A DNA stretch of 64,000 bases from the human T2T-CHM13v2.0 reference genome, Homo sapiens, in NCBI RefSeq assembly GCF_009914755.1, contig NC_060927.1, one strand, 5' to 3'. The translations under genes were made by a program, and so were the position numbers. The notes beneath the pieces were generated by a model. That model searched no databases and had not been told where the DNA came from. It was given only the letters and a program-made list of their open reading frames with translations. Shown in pieces: positions 42,048 to 59,392 of this stretch (position 1 is the first letter of the stretch; every line of letters begins with the position of its first letter).

Positions 42048-42065
42048 ATTCCGAGCACCTCGATG
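42048..42065 (+). other. Candidate 18-nt microexon ATTCCGAGCACCTCGATG
   Basis: Branch-point-like TTTAAC at 42031, TAG acceptor, ATG|GTAGGT donor, no stop in any frame, two CpGs. Confidence 0.3.
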
Positions 42066-42784
42066 GTAGGTTTTCTGTACTGCAATGTGTATTGCCAGTG
42101 TTTTATGCAAGATATGATGCAGGCTAGTGTCTCACAGTTTACGCAATTTGTTTTCCGTCCATCCTTTCGATCCTTTGAGCCTCTCAAGGAAGCCTGGGTT
42201 GGCATCTGCCCAACTGTGTTGGGCAGAATGGTTTTTTTCTCGTTGCCCGACATGGGGCTGGGAAAGCCATTTGAGGAGGTCGCTGTGGCATGAATCTGGA
42301 CAAGTCTTTCTATAGGGGAAACCTGTTTCAAGCTGTGGCTCTTTCACTTTCTACATGGCATATGGACCCTGATTTTTCTGACGCCTGCGTAACTCTACTG
42401 GTGTCTCTTGGCTGTCGCAGCTTTGTTTTGCTTTGCCATTGTTTTATTTTATTTTTTCTGAAGACTTGGTTTTCTTGGGCTCTGCTTATATACAACACAA
42501 AATTTGTAGACCATTTGCTTATGGGAAAGAGTCACACCCCCGGAAATTGGGAGAAAATTAACTCTTGGAGCCCAAAGAAACTGACATAAATCTTATACCA
42601 CGAACATCTTCAATTTCCGACTTTGCCTTCCTTCTCTGTATGGTGCTGTACCAAGATCTCTTATTGGGACCAGGTTTCATGGAGGGTTACTGGTAACTAT
42701 TAACCCACTCAATGTACTTATTTTACCATTAACCTATCATGAATAGCCTGTCCAATCCCCATTAAATGACCCACTATGGGGGTC

Positions 42785-43130
42785 ATTAATTCATTTATTT
42801 ATATATGAATTATCTACATTCATTTATATATGAATTATTAGATATTATCTACACTGAACCAGGCAAAATTGGGGATACCAAAATGAATTAGACACAGTTC
42901 CTGCTTTCAAAAACCTCATACTCTGAAGAGGGGAGATTTGTTAATTCTGTCAAGTCATCTTTGATGCCTACCATGACCAGGTATCAGACATGCCACTGGA
43001 ACTGTGGACATCTGGCAGGTACAAGCCTATTCATCACAGGGTTTCAGGTCTAGGGAAGAAAAACATCATATTAATAATTTTACAAATAATTATGTAGTTA
43101 TAGTTGTGATAGGTGCCACAGAGGAAAGAC
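42785..43130 (-). mobile_element. L2 fragment(s)
   Basis: attcatttatt..ccaggca..ggggataccaaaatgaattagacacagttcctgctttca. Confidence 0.55.
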
Positions 43131-43133
43131 TGA

Positions 43134-43487
<354 letters not shown>

Positions 43488-44454
43488 AGTTGTGGGAATT
43501 TTATAAGGGCTTTTTCTTTTCTTTTTTTTTTTCTCCCTCTGGCCTAGTTTGTGGGGAGAGGTATGTTTCCCCAAAGATGTGGAGTTAGCCTGTTGATGTA
43601 GGCATGGGAGAGTGAGCTTAGACAGAGATGCCTCTCATATAAGGTAGAAAGCCTTCCATGCCCAACCCAAGTGTTGTAGAAGTTGAAAGGGGAAAAAACT
43701 TTTTCAAAATTGGCTTGACAGCAAAACTCCTCTCAGTGTCTTCTTTTTTGTCCCCCTCTATAAATGGTAGGTTTTCGTAGTATCATGACCCTTTTTAGTA
43801 ATTATAAATTAATATAAGATAAATTTATGGTATTCCTTACTATATAGATTTGTTAAAATAATTCACGATATTTCATATGTACACACAAGCTCCTTCAATC
43901 CAATTAGTAAGAAAAACACTTCATGTCACTGTTAAATAACATGAAAATAAACAACTGGTTAAAAAACAAAACCCAAATACAAAGCGTTGAGCTTCCTACT
44001 GGAATCTGAATCTGGGAGTGTCTTGTTGTAAGAAATGTTTTCAGACCTATCATTTTCTTTTGTTTCTTTTTCTTTTTTTCTAAACAGACTCTTGTCAGTT
44101 CTCTTCTGATTAGTGTTCCCCTGGGCTTTTCTTCCCAAAATAAAGTTAAGTGCATTCAAGTTTCTGGGATCTTCTTTACATCCTTTTGAAAATGCAGAGT
44201 AAATATTATGTTGGCTTCTTTTTGTTTTTTTTTTTTAAATTTTATTATTATTATACTTTAAGTTTTAGGGTACATGTGTACAACGTGCAGGTTTGTTACA
44301 TATGTATACATGTGCTATGTTAGTGTGCTGCACCCATTAACTCGTCATTTAGCATTAGGTGTATCTCCTAATGCTATCCCTCCCACCTCCCCTAACCCCA
44401 CAACAGGCCCCGGTGTGTGATGTTCCCCTTCCTGTGTCCATGTGTTCTCATTGT

Positions 44455-48277
<3,823 letters not shown>

Positions 48278-48340
48278 TATGATGTTAGCTGGTTATTTTG
48301 CTCGCTAGTTGATGCAGTTTCTTCCTAGCCTTGATGGTCT

Positions 48341-49357
48341 TTACAATTTGGCATGTTTTTGCAGTGGCTGGTACTGGTTGTTCCTTTCCAGGTTTAGTGC
48401 TTTCTTCAGGAGCTCTTGTAAGGCAGGCCTGGTAGTGACAAAATCTCTCAGCATTTGCTTGTCTGTAAAGTATTTTATTTCTCCTTCACTTATGAAGCTT
48501 AGTTTGGCTGGATATGAAATTCTGGGTTGAAAATTCTTTTCTTTAAGAATGTTGAATATTGGTCCCCGCTCTCTTCTGGCTTGTAGAGTTTCTGCCGAGA
48601 GATCTGCTGTTAGTCTGATGTGCTTCCCTTTGTGGGTAACCTGACCTTTCTCTCTGGCTGCCCTTAACATTTTTTCCTTCATTTCAACTTTGGTGAATCT
48701 GACAAATATATGTCTTGGAGTTGCTCTTCTCGAGGAGTATCTTTGTGGCATTCTCTGTATTTCCTGAATTTGAATGTTGGCCTGCCTTGCTAGATTGGGG
48801 AAGTTCTTCTGGATAATATCCTGCAGAGTGTTTTCCAACTTGGTTTCATTCTCCCCGTCACTTTCAGGTACACCAATCAGACATAGATTTGGTCCTTTCA
48901 CATAGTCCCATATTTCTTGGAGGCTTTGTTCATTTCTTTTTATTCCTTTTTCTCTGAACTTCTCTTCTCACTTCATTTCATTCATTTTGTCGTCCATCAC
49001 TTATACCCTTTCTTCCAGTTGATCGCATCGGCTACTGAGGCTTCTGCATTCGTCACGTAGCTCTTGTGCCTTGGTTTTCAGCTCCATCAGGTCCTTTAAG
49101 GACTTCTCTGCATTGGTTATTCTAGTTATCCATTCGTCTAATTTTTTTTCAAAGCTTTTAACTTCTTTGCCATTGGTTTGAATTTCCTCCTGTAGCTTGG
49201 AGTAGTTTGATCATCTGAAGCCTTCTTCTCTCAACTTGTCAAAGTCATTCTCCGTCCAGCTTTATTCCATTGCTGGTGAGGAGCTGTGTTCCTTTGGAGG
49301 AGGAGTGGCGCTCTGATTTTTAGAGTTTCCAGTTTTTCTGCTCTGTTTTTTTCCCAT
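48341..49357 (-). pseudogene. L1 ORF1 (RNA-binding protein), disrupted
   Basis: MGKKQSRKTGNSKNQSA start; 1017 nt; in-frame TAA at codon 32 (49262-49264); C-terminus ..QKHAKL. Confidence 0.93.
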
Positions 49358-49359
49358 CT

Positions 49360-50393
49360 TTGTGGTTTTATGTACCTTTGGTCTTTGATGATGGTGACAT
49401 ACAGGTGGGTTTTTGGTGTGGATGTCCTGTCTGTTTGTTAGTTTTCCTTCTAACAGACAGGACCCTCAGCTGCAGGTCTGTTGGAGTTTGCTAGAGGTAC
49501 ACTCCAGTCCCTGTTTGTCTAAGTATCAGCAGCGGTGGCTGCAGAACAGCGGATATTGGTGAACCGCAAATGCTGCTGCCCGATCGTTCCTCTGGAAGTT
49601 TTGTCTCAGAGGAGTACCCGGCCGTGTGAGGTGTCCGTCTGCCCCTACTGGGGGGTGCCTCCCAGTTAGGCTACTTGCGGGTCAGGGACCCACTTGAGGA
49701 GGCAGTCTGCCCATTCTCAGATCTCAAGCTGCATGCTGGGAGAACCTCTACTCTCTTCAAAGCTGTCAGAGAGGGACATGTAAGTCTGCAGAGGTTACTG
49801 CTGTCTTTTTGTTTGTCTGTGCCCTGCCCCCAGAGGTGGAGCCTACAGAGGCAGGCAGGCCTCCTTGAGCTGTGGTGGGCTCCACCGAGTTCGAGCTTCC
49901 TGGCCGCTTTGTTTACCTAATCAAACAACTAACTGGGCAATGGCAGGCGCCCCTCCCCCAGCCTCACTGCCGTCTTGTTGTTTGATCTCGGACCGCTGTG
50001 CTAGCAATGAGTGAGACTCCATGGGCTTAGGACCCTCCGAGCCAGGTGGGGGATATAATCTCCTGATGTGCCATTTTTAAAGCCCATTGGAAAAGCTCAG
50101 TATTAGGGTGGGAGTGACCTGATTTTCCAGGTGCCGTCTGTCATCCCTTTCTTTGACTAGGAAAGGGAATTCCCTGACCCCTTGCAATTCCTGGGTGAGA
50201 CGATGCCTCACCCTGCTTCGGCTCGTGCACGGTGCACTGCACCCACTCTGCTGCACCTACTCTCTGGCACTCCCCAGTGAGATGAACCCGGTACCTCAGT
50301 TGGAAATGCAGAAATCACCCATCTTCTGCGTCGCTCCCTCTGGGAGCTGTAGACTGGAGGTGTTCCTATTCGGCCATCTTGGCTCCTCCTCCC
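49360..50393. promoter_or_regulatory. L1 5' UTR: sense promoter (minus strand, YY1 site CAAGATGGCC) and antisense promoter (plus strand)
   Basis: YY1 motif at ~50373-50382; truncated ORF0 at 49940-50014; plus-strand donors CAG|GT at 50045/46 and 50130/31. Confidence 0.7.
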
Positions 50394-50909
50394 TATGTTC
50401 CAGACATATCATTTTCATTCCACATGTATTTCTTTGTTTATTGAGTGCCTTCCATGTGTTAATTACTTTATTGGATTCCTGGGGGTGAGAAGGGGAAGGG
50501 TGTGGGCAGGGCCACTGCTTACAGCTGCTCAAGTTGTGCCTTGCTTGAGGGCAGGAGCGCAAGTGGGGCTGAAGTCCTGCCCTCCCCACTAGCCAGGCCA
50601 AGATAAGGACCATTTTCTTTCTTTTTTTTTTTCTTCCTAATTTGCACAAAAGATACTAATGATTAACAGAGATCCTGGTATGGAAACATAAGACACAAGT
50701 TTGGTTTTGTCTGAAAGCACTGGTAGTTTAGTTGGTGAGGCAGCCACAAAACTAACCAAAAGTAATTATATTGCCAGCCACAATGAAATATATTAACCAG
50801 AGATACAAATGACATTCTGAGGGGGCTTGGTGGAAGTAGTTTAACCCTGATAGGGTGGGGAGAATCAATTCTTACAACTTTCGAAGAGACTAGTTGGATG
50901 GGCAAGTTT

Positions 50910-51295
50910 TCTTAATAGCTTTATTGAGACATAATTTAATTAATTAACTCAAAGAGTAGAATTCAGTAATTTTTAATATATTCATAGAGTTACACAGCCG
51001 TCACCAAGATCAATTTTAGAATATGTCCCTCACCAAAAAACAAACAAACAAAACCAAAACAACAACAACAACAAAAACACATAGTGGTCGTTTCTTATTT
51101 CTCCCAAATCTCTTGCATCCGGTACTAAGCAACCACGAATCTACTTTATAATCTGTGAAGTTGCCCATTCTGGACATTTTATATAAATGTCCATACATTT
51201 ATATAAACATCATACAACATCATACAATATGTAGTCTTTTGTTACTTTGTTTCTTTCAGTTAGGTTTTCAAGATTCATCTATGTTGCAGCATGAT
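50910..51295 (-). mobile_element. L1MB 3' fragment
   Basis: agctttattgagacataatt..ttcatagagtta..gcccattctggacattt..caagattcatctatgttgcagcatg. Confidence 0.75.
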
Positions 51296-52344
51296 AAGTA
51301 GGCTTTTGATTGGTGAAGAATAGAAGCAAGTTTACCCCAAAATGATGCATTAGGGAGAGCTAAGAGATTAACCTTTGTAAGAAACCACGGTCTGTGTTTG
51401 AAAGGTTGAAAGTAGACTATTGGGTCTGCTGACTAGGGCCTGTAGGGAATGTTACAGGAATTGAAGTTAGAAATATAAGTTGGGAGCAGATCATGGAGAT
51501 TATGAATGCTTGGACTTTTTCTGAGATGCAGATGTTTTTGAGAGGGGAATGATATGACTAGAGATGTGTATTTTTCTCCCCCATAATGAGAAAAATTGAT
51601 GAAGCTGTAAGGTCCCCCAGGTTGGTAGTGGAGAACCAGGTGTGAAATCATGAACAACTCCCTCCCAAGTACTTTTCCCTCATATTCCACTGCCTCTTAC
51701 TTTTTATGTTTGTTAGCTGGAGCAAGTAGAAAAAGCACAGATGATTTGTTTTCTGTTATAATTATTTTTTAAACTACAAGAGGCATGGTGGAAAATTAAA
51801 CTCGATAGATTATAGTTATAAATGTTGTTCTTTGGGCACTTGCCATGAGGCAGCATTTTCATGGCAAACCCTACTTTGTATATTTTTGTCATATTATGAG
51901 AAAGAGGCCCTCTTCTGGGTCACATGTTTGCCTCTGCAGGACTCTGACCTGTCATTTTAGATATTGAGTCTATCCTTGTTTTGATTTCCTTTGGACTCAT
52001 GGCCTTGAGTATGTCCCTTATGTTCATTTGACAGATTCCTGCCAATCAAATGGAAGACAAAGCTATCCCGAGGGTAGTTGGCCTGTGTTTGCATCTCTTG
52101 TAGCCAAGAGAAATCCCTCATTGCTTGTTTCTGAGCTACTCATGTCACAGACTTTTGCAAGAGGAAGGATTTTTGAGATTACATGGTTCAAATGTTATTA
52201 AATTAAGGTTTAGTGGTCCATGAACCTCCTGAAATTGTTTGCAAAATTATCTTTAATTGTGTGGAGGTGTATTTTTCTCCCCCATAAAATTCTCAGATGG
52301 ATTGCATCCCTGTAAGGGGGAAGAATCATTTATCCACCAACAAT

Positions 52345-52540
52345 ATTGAACTTTTATTGAGTATTTACACTATGCCTTGTAGAAGACTTGTGTTATCTCA
52401 TTCAGTCTTTACAGCCCATTCTCATGGATTAGGAAACTGAATCATACAGTAGTTAAGTTGACTTGCCCAAGGTCACAGAGCTAGTAGGTGACAGAACCTA
52501 GATTCAGACCCTGGACTCTAACCCCAGAGCCTATGTCTTC
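52345..52540 (-). mobile_element. MIR
   Basis: ggaaactgaa..gacttgcccaaggtcacagagctagtaggtgacagaacctagattcagaccc. Confidence 0.8.
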
Positions 52541-53378
52541 ATCCTTCTGCATTTTCAACCTTCATGCCTGCTTTGCACTATTCTAGTTTACCTTTTATAG
52601 GCTCTGGAGTTGATGGAGTCTCCTTTAATAAATGGGTAGTGGAGGCCCAGAGAGAAGTGAAACATGTCTAAGATGGTCCTGTGATTAAAGACACATAGCT
52701 GTTAACGTGTGACACGAATGCAAACACCAAAGTCAGATTATGAGGCTTTAACACATAATTTCTAAATTTAATTTAAAATGCTCCTTTTTGACCTTTACTT
52801 CTGCTATTGATTTTCATCTTTTCTCTTTTCTCCTTCTTACCCCTTCTCTTCTTTCCTCTTCTGCTCTCCTTTCTTCCTGCTTTTCCTTTCTTTCTTCAGC
52901 AACCATTACTGAGCATTTACCTTATTGGAATTATTGGATTAGGTGGAATTATTGGTAATTGTGTGTTTTCATGTTACTAAAATGAACTGTCCAACTCTTC
53001 TGTGGCCAACATCTCTTTACTCTAGAAGGTTCTCAAAGGAGTTACCACACATGAAAGAAGGTTGGGGAAAGCAAAGTACCCGAAGCCAGTGCTTTACACT
53101 GGTACACAGGAGTAGGTACCCACTTTCCGATTCGGGGGACTGGATTGTGTCATTCATTGAAATATGAAATAGTGAAGGAAGCTTCACTTTTATATCGGTT
53201 GGGGGTAGCGTGAGAGTTGTTTGAGCTTTTCACTTTTGAGAGCTTTTCAAATGAATCGCCTTATAGTTAAAGCTGGAGATTAGAAGAAAGATCAAGACTA
53301 GGAAACTCTTTATTTAAATGTCAATATTTAATTGACAATTAACTGTTGTTGATTTAAATTAAATATATATATATGTAT

Positions 53379-53628
<250 letters not shown>

Positions 53629-54999
53629 TGAAGATAGAGAAAAAAGCCCTGCTTTCTCCATTCCTTCTACGGTTTGGCACCCAGTTCATATCCCATTTGC
53701 CCAGATGCTCCCTTTTAATCTTTCCTAATGCAGGCCATAGACATTGGTCTCAGAATTCTTGTAAGTCTACTTTTGTCACTCAATTGTGTGAATTGTGTGT
53801 TTGTACAGGTCTCCTGCATTTACTAAATATAGTGGAAATCATATTTGCCTAGAGATCAGTAGACCTGTGCATTGAATCTAGGCTTTGTTATTTGCTATTT
53901 GTGTGATTCATTGATTGATTTTCTTTCAGCATCAAATTCTAAGTTAATAAAATGAGATTAATAATAATGTCTACCCTGTCTCTCTCACAGAATTGGTGGT
54001 CACTTTTTAACTGTGAATAATGGATGTGATGGCTCTTTAAAAAGAGCCTTTTAAAACAAAATGAATACTTTTTTCTACATTTACATGTGTAATTATGATG
54101 TTTGTTTGTTTTTTCCCACTCTCTGGGTTAACTCTAAACTCCTTTGGATTTTAAACGCCTTTGGACACTTTTCTTTTTAACCCTCCTTCATACCTAAGAC
54201 AGTGCTATGTATATTGACATTTAAATGTACAGGGCTAATTATGGTTTCGTTTCTTCACTTTTTTGTTGTTGTTGTTGTTCCTTTTGTTACACATTTATTT
54301 TGAAGATTTTGTTTTCCTGGAAATTAGTGGGATGTTAACGTCTCCTTAAAGAACTCATTCTTTGTCTTTCCTGGTTCCCCCTCTTATCCTCTGTAACCTG
54401 TGACCTCCTCCCACCATCTGAGGTGGATGTCTCCTGAAGTTCTTACTCTGTCCCAGCAATGATGACCTTAGTGTGTCTACTGACTCTTAAAACCCGTAGG
54501 GACATAGGATCCAACTGCCTCATAGAAAAGTAAGGCCGAGAGAGGGTTACTCCTATATTTGGTTCAAGTCAATCTGGGTGCTGGTTTATAAACAATGCCT
54601 ATTCAGTGCTCTGCACTAAGGCATACTGGTGTTATGCTTCTATTTTTGCCTTTATTATTTTTAAAGTTTTTTGGATGAAATTACTGACGTTGATCACATA
54701 TTAAAAATTTATGAGGATTCTATTTTTGGGTTCCATTCTATTTAATTCTAGCTGAAATTTGCTTCTCTTTTTTATCCTGTTATGGTACATTTGTTCCTAG
54801 ACATAATCAGGAATGACACCAGACACAGACTATATTTTGGTGTGTATTAGTGAGAAAATTTAGTATGTTTCTTTTGTCATGTTGAATGTAGACACTATGG
54901 ACAATGTTTAATTAATTTTAATTGATTTTTGTTGTTGTTATTATCTTTCTCAATTTCCTCTGCTTTCTTCTTACTTCCTTAGCATGGTATGCCACAGAT

Positions 55000-55845
55000 A
55001 GGGACACATTTCATCTGAAAGATGTATACTATATATGGATGTCTTTGCAGTTTCTTCAGTCCTTTTAATTACATAAAAATCTTAATAATATTAAAACAAC
55101 AATTATGTAAATTTTCAAAAGAATTTCAAAAGCAATGAAGAAGACCACTGTTCAGAACCTCAATTTCTGAACCTCTCCTTACTTTTCCTTCTTCCTTTTC
55201 AGCCAGTCCTTGCTCAACTCTGAATATATTTTGACAATGTTTCAATTATAATATATGCAGAATAATTTACTTCTTTCACTTAACATTATTTTTAAATGTC
55301 AATGTTGCTACATATTCCAAATTACTTTGGAATTCATTATATATTATTATTCTTTTATTTCCACTAGATTTATACTTAAGACAGAATCTCAAGAGTGGGA
55401 TATTTGGGTCAAATAGCATTTACATTTTGGCTCTTGAAATAACTAACAGCATGTCATTTCCAAAGAGACGTTAATCATTGATACCACCAGCAGCAAATGT
55501 TCTCATTCATCAGACCACATTTGTTTTACACGTTCCTCTCCTTAGAAAGAGATAAGTATGGTTTCTTTTCTTTAGTTCTTGCTAATAGGATACCCAACAT
55601 ATTGAAAATGGTACTCCATTGTTTTAATTCTCATCCTCTCTGACCATTAGAAATATTTTGCTCCATGTGTCTTTGACGAAGTTTATGTATTGTTTTATGA
55701 AGTGTAAATTCTTGCCCTTGCCCATTTGATCTATTGAGTTTATGCCTTCTTTCTTTATTTGGGATCCAAAATATTTATTAACTCTCTGCCTGACCTATTT
55801 GTTCCAAACATTTTTTCCAAGTCTGTTTGCCTTTTTAGTTATGGT
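55000..55845 (-). mobile_element. Very old L1 (L1ME-like) fragment
   Basis: ctttcacttaacatt, agtgggat..gggtcaaa, ccaccagcag, ccattgttttaatt, ccttgcccattt. Confidence 0.5.
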
Positions 55846-55847
55846 AG

Positions 55848-55859
55848 TGTATGTATGTG

Positions 55860-55892
<33 letters not shown>
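55848..55892. repeat. (TG)n microsatellite
   Basis: Read directly from the sequence. Confidence 0.95.
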
Positions 55893-55895
<3 letters not shown>

Positions 55896-56046
55896 GATCT
55901 ACATACATGTGTACACACCATATATATATGGCTTATAATGGGGACAGAATCACTTAGCAGATGGGCAACCCTGATGATCCAGGTATTTACGAAGGGACTC
56001 AAACCATCTTCAGTTGTCTAGGTATTCAGAAGAAAAAAATTCAGAA

Positions 56047-56361
<315 letters not shown>

Positions 56362-57790
56362 GAAGTCCCGGAGTCCTTTCCATGATGCATTTGAAGGGCC
56401 AGAGAGATAGAGGCATGCCCTATGTAGTACATCTTGCTGCTGTCCCTCGTGTGTTTACCCTATGGGTCAAATGAGATGGTGTTGGAGCAATCAAAGGATA
56501 CAGACCAGTACCCAGCCTTTCTTGTCAAGACTTTGCCTCTCCTTGGGATGTTCACACACACCTACCCCTATTTTCTTTAGGGATCTAGTTGCTTACTTAT
56601 TTTAGACAGTACATCCTTTATGGCCTTGCTGAAATGTAACTCCTTGATGGAATCTCCTCTGGTTTCTTTCTATCTGTCCACCTCAATTGAGAACTGATTT
56701 CCTTCCCCTGAACCCCTCACCTTCCCATAGTGCTTTAGCTGTAGCTTCTTTATTCAATGTTTCACTTTTTACTTTGGACCAGAGATATTTATGAACTTTA
56801 CAAAATCTCTTTTAAGGCAGATATTTCAGTTCTCTTTGCATTAACACAGGACTTGTTGGATGATTGAGTAAGCGTGTGGGGGGGTGTGAAGAGAGGGTTC
56901 ATTTGTTCCTTCCTCGTGACAGAGCTGAGAGGGGAAGGGCCCTTGCTGGTGGTGGATGGGCCCTGAGGGTTAATTGGGCTGAGTGTGGCCACAAAGCAGA
57001 AAGACTTGCTGTGCTTTCTGAACTTACGTAAGTTACAAACACTATTAAAATGTCACAAACAAATAAGAGAATGAGGACTGTACTTAGGTTCCATACTTGT
57101 GGTATGGAAAGCTATCTAAAATAAAATTAGCTACATATCTCTGCAGATTTCTCTGATTCACTCTACAAAGAAGCAAGTGTTTAATCTAATTCTGCAAATA
57201 TTTGAGACTCTTTACCAGGCGTTGTGGAACATGCTTTATGACTGGAAAAGATGATAAAGGCATAGTTTCTGCCCTAAGGAGCTGTTTGTGCATCTGTTGG
57301 AGGATATAGATATTTTAACAGGAAGATTCTAACACTAGGTAGGCTGGGTCCTTTGTGATAAAGTCTGCATTAGAAATATGTGAGAAGAAAAGATTAACCT
57401 GAGTGCGGTCTCTCATGAAGTTGCTAGTATACTCTTCTTTCTTTATGCATTTAACCCCAAAATTATCTCTACTGAGATGATTCTTCTTTTGTATGTCAAA
57501 TTTTACTTGGCTTCTCCCTCACCCTGACTCCTAGTCCCACCATTTTAATTTTATCATGATTTGAATAATATCACAAGGGAATGAAGAATTTATTCTTTTT
57601 TTCAATAGGTGAACAAAAAAAAGTATGAGAAATGATTGATGTGTATTTCAACATTGAGAAAACCCAAGGAATTAGGAAGAAAGTTCTCTGGCATATCAGG
57701 AAATAGGAAATGATCTCACCAATTGCTAGAAGTGGTTGCTCAGTCTCTTGGAAAGTGCACCTTCAGTAGATAGCACTTAAGTCATAGCAT

Positions 57791-57792
<2 letters not shown>

Positions 57793-57837
<45 letters not shown>
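57793..57837. repeat. ~(CA)22 microsatellite
   Basis: Read directly from the sequence. Confidence 0.97.
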
Positions 57838-57839
<2 letters not shown>

Positions 57840-59067
57840 ATCTCTCTGCCTTATTAGCCATTTATTCTCTACTGTCTTTCAGTAGATGATTTCTTTTACC
57901 TTGTTCCTTTCTAAATATTACCTCCACTGGGACCTAATTACAACCCCTCAAAATTCACATTACATTGGAATAGATGTGAGCTCCCAATGTTATCTTTAGG
58001 CATTACAGAATATTAGAAACTGACTGTGGTTATCCATTGTGTATGCAGGTATATAAACCTCTTTTGCCCAAATCGTTGTCAGACTGCAGTGAGAAAAGTC
58101 AAGGAAATATTTCTTACTAGCTTCTGAATGTTGTATGAATTTTCCCCGAAGAATGATAATAATGCAAGCTGAGACTTTTTATATTCTAAAGTAAACATCC
58201 AAAGCCAGTTTTCCCCTTCTATTAAATGAACCTTTAACTGAGCTCTGAAATTGTGAGGAAGGACATACTTTGATGCCCATTATTCTGTTCAATAGCCATA
58301 TTCAGAAGAGAAGTTTAATTCAAACTCCAGCCCATCAAAGCATTTTGCAGGGTTTTCAAAGCAGTTATTGTAATAGAGAGTAATTAAATATTACTGTTTT
58401 CAACTGCTTATTTATAATGTACGAAGACATTATAATGACCCCAAAGTTGGTTTGCCTTTAGAAAAATAAGGATACAAAATGCTGTGTAGAAAAGAATATG
58501 CTATCTTAAGTCTAGAGAGCTGGGTTCTAGTCCCATTTCTGCTTGTGACTTAGTCTGTGGCCTTAGGAAAAGGCTTTTCTTATCGTTGAGTCTCATTTTC
58601 CTGCCTTTAATGACAAAGAAATTACAAACCTTATATCTGTAAGGCACTTAATAATTTGTCCCCTCTTCTTAAACTTGTACAAGTGAAGTTACAACATTCT
58701 ATCAAGTTCAGAACATGTAGACTGTAAAATTTTACACCTACAGAACATGTAGGTGTAAAATAGAGTCACCCATAAATCTATTACCCAGATACAGGTGCAA
58801 TCTATCATGATCATATTTATGTATTCCTTTCAAGTCTTTAGCTATTAGCATAAATTACCCATCATGCTGTGTATCTCTTGACATCATACATTAAGCATTT
58901 TCCATATCACTGCATATTCTTGAATGATTACAATTTTAATAACTTTAATATTTCATTGAGTGATTGTGCCATATCTTAATTGTTTCATTATTTGAAAATT
59001 TTGCGATGATTAACATTTATGCATAAATGTAGCTTACTTCTTCAATAATCTTATATATGATGTCTGA

Positions 59068-59392
<325 letters not shown>

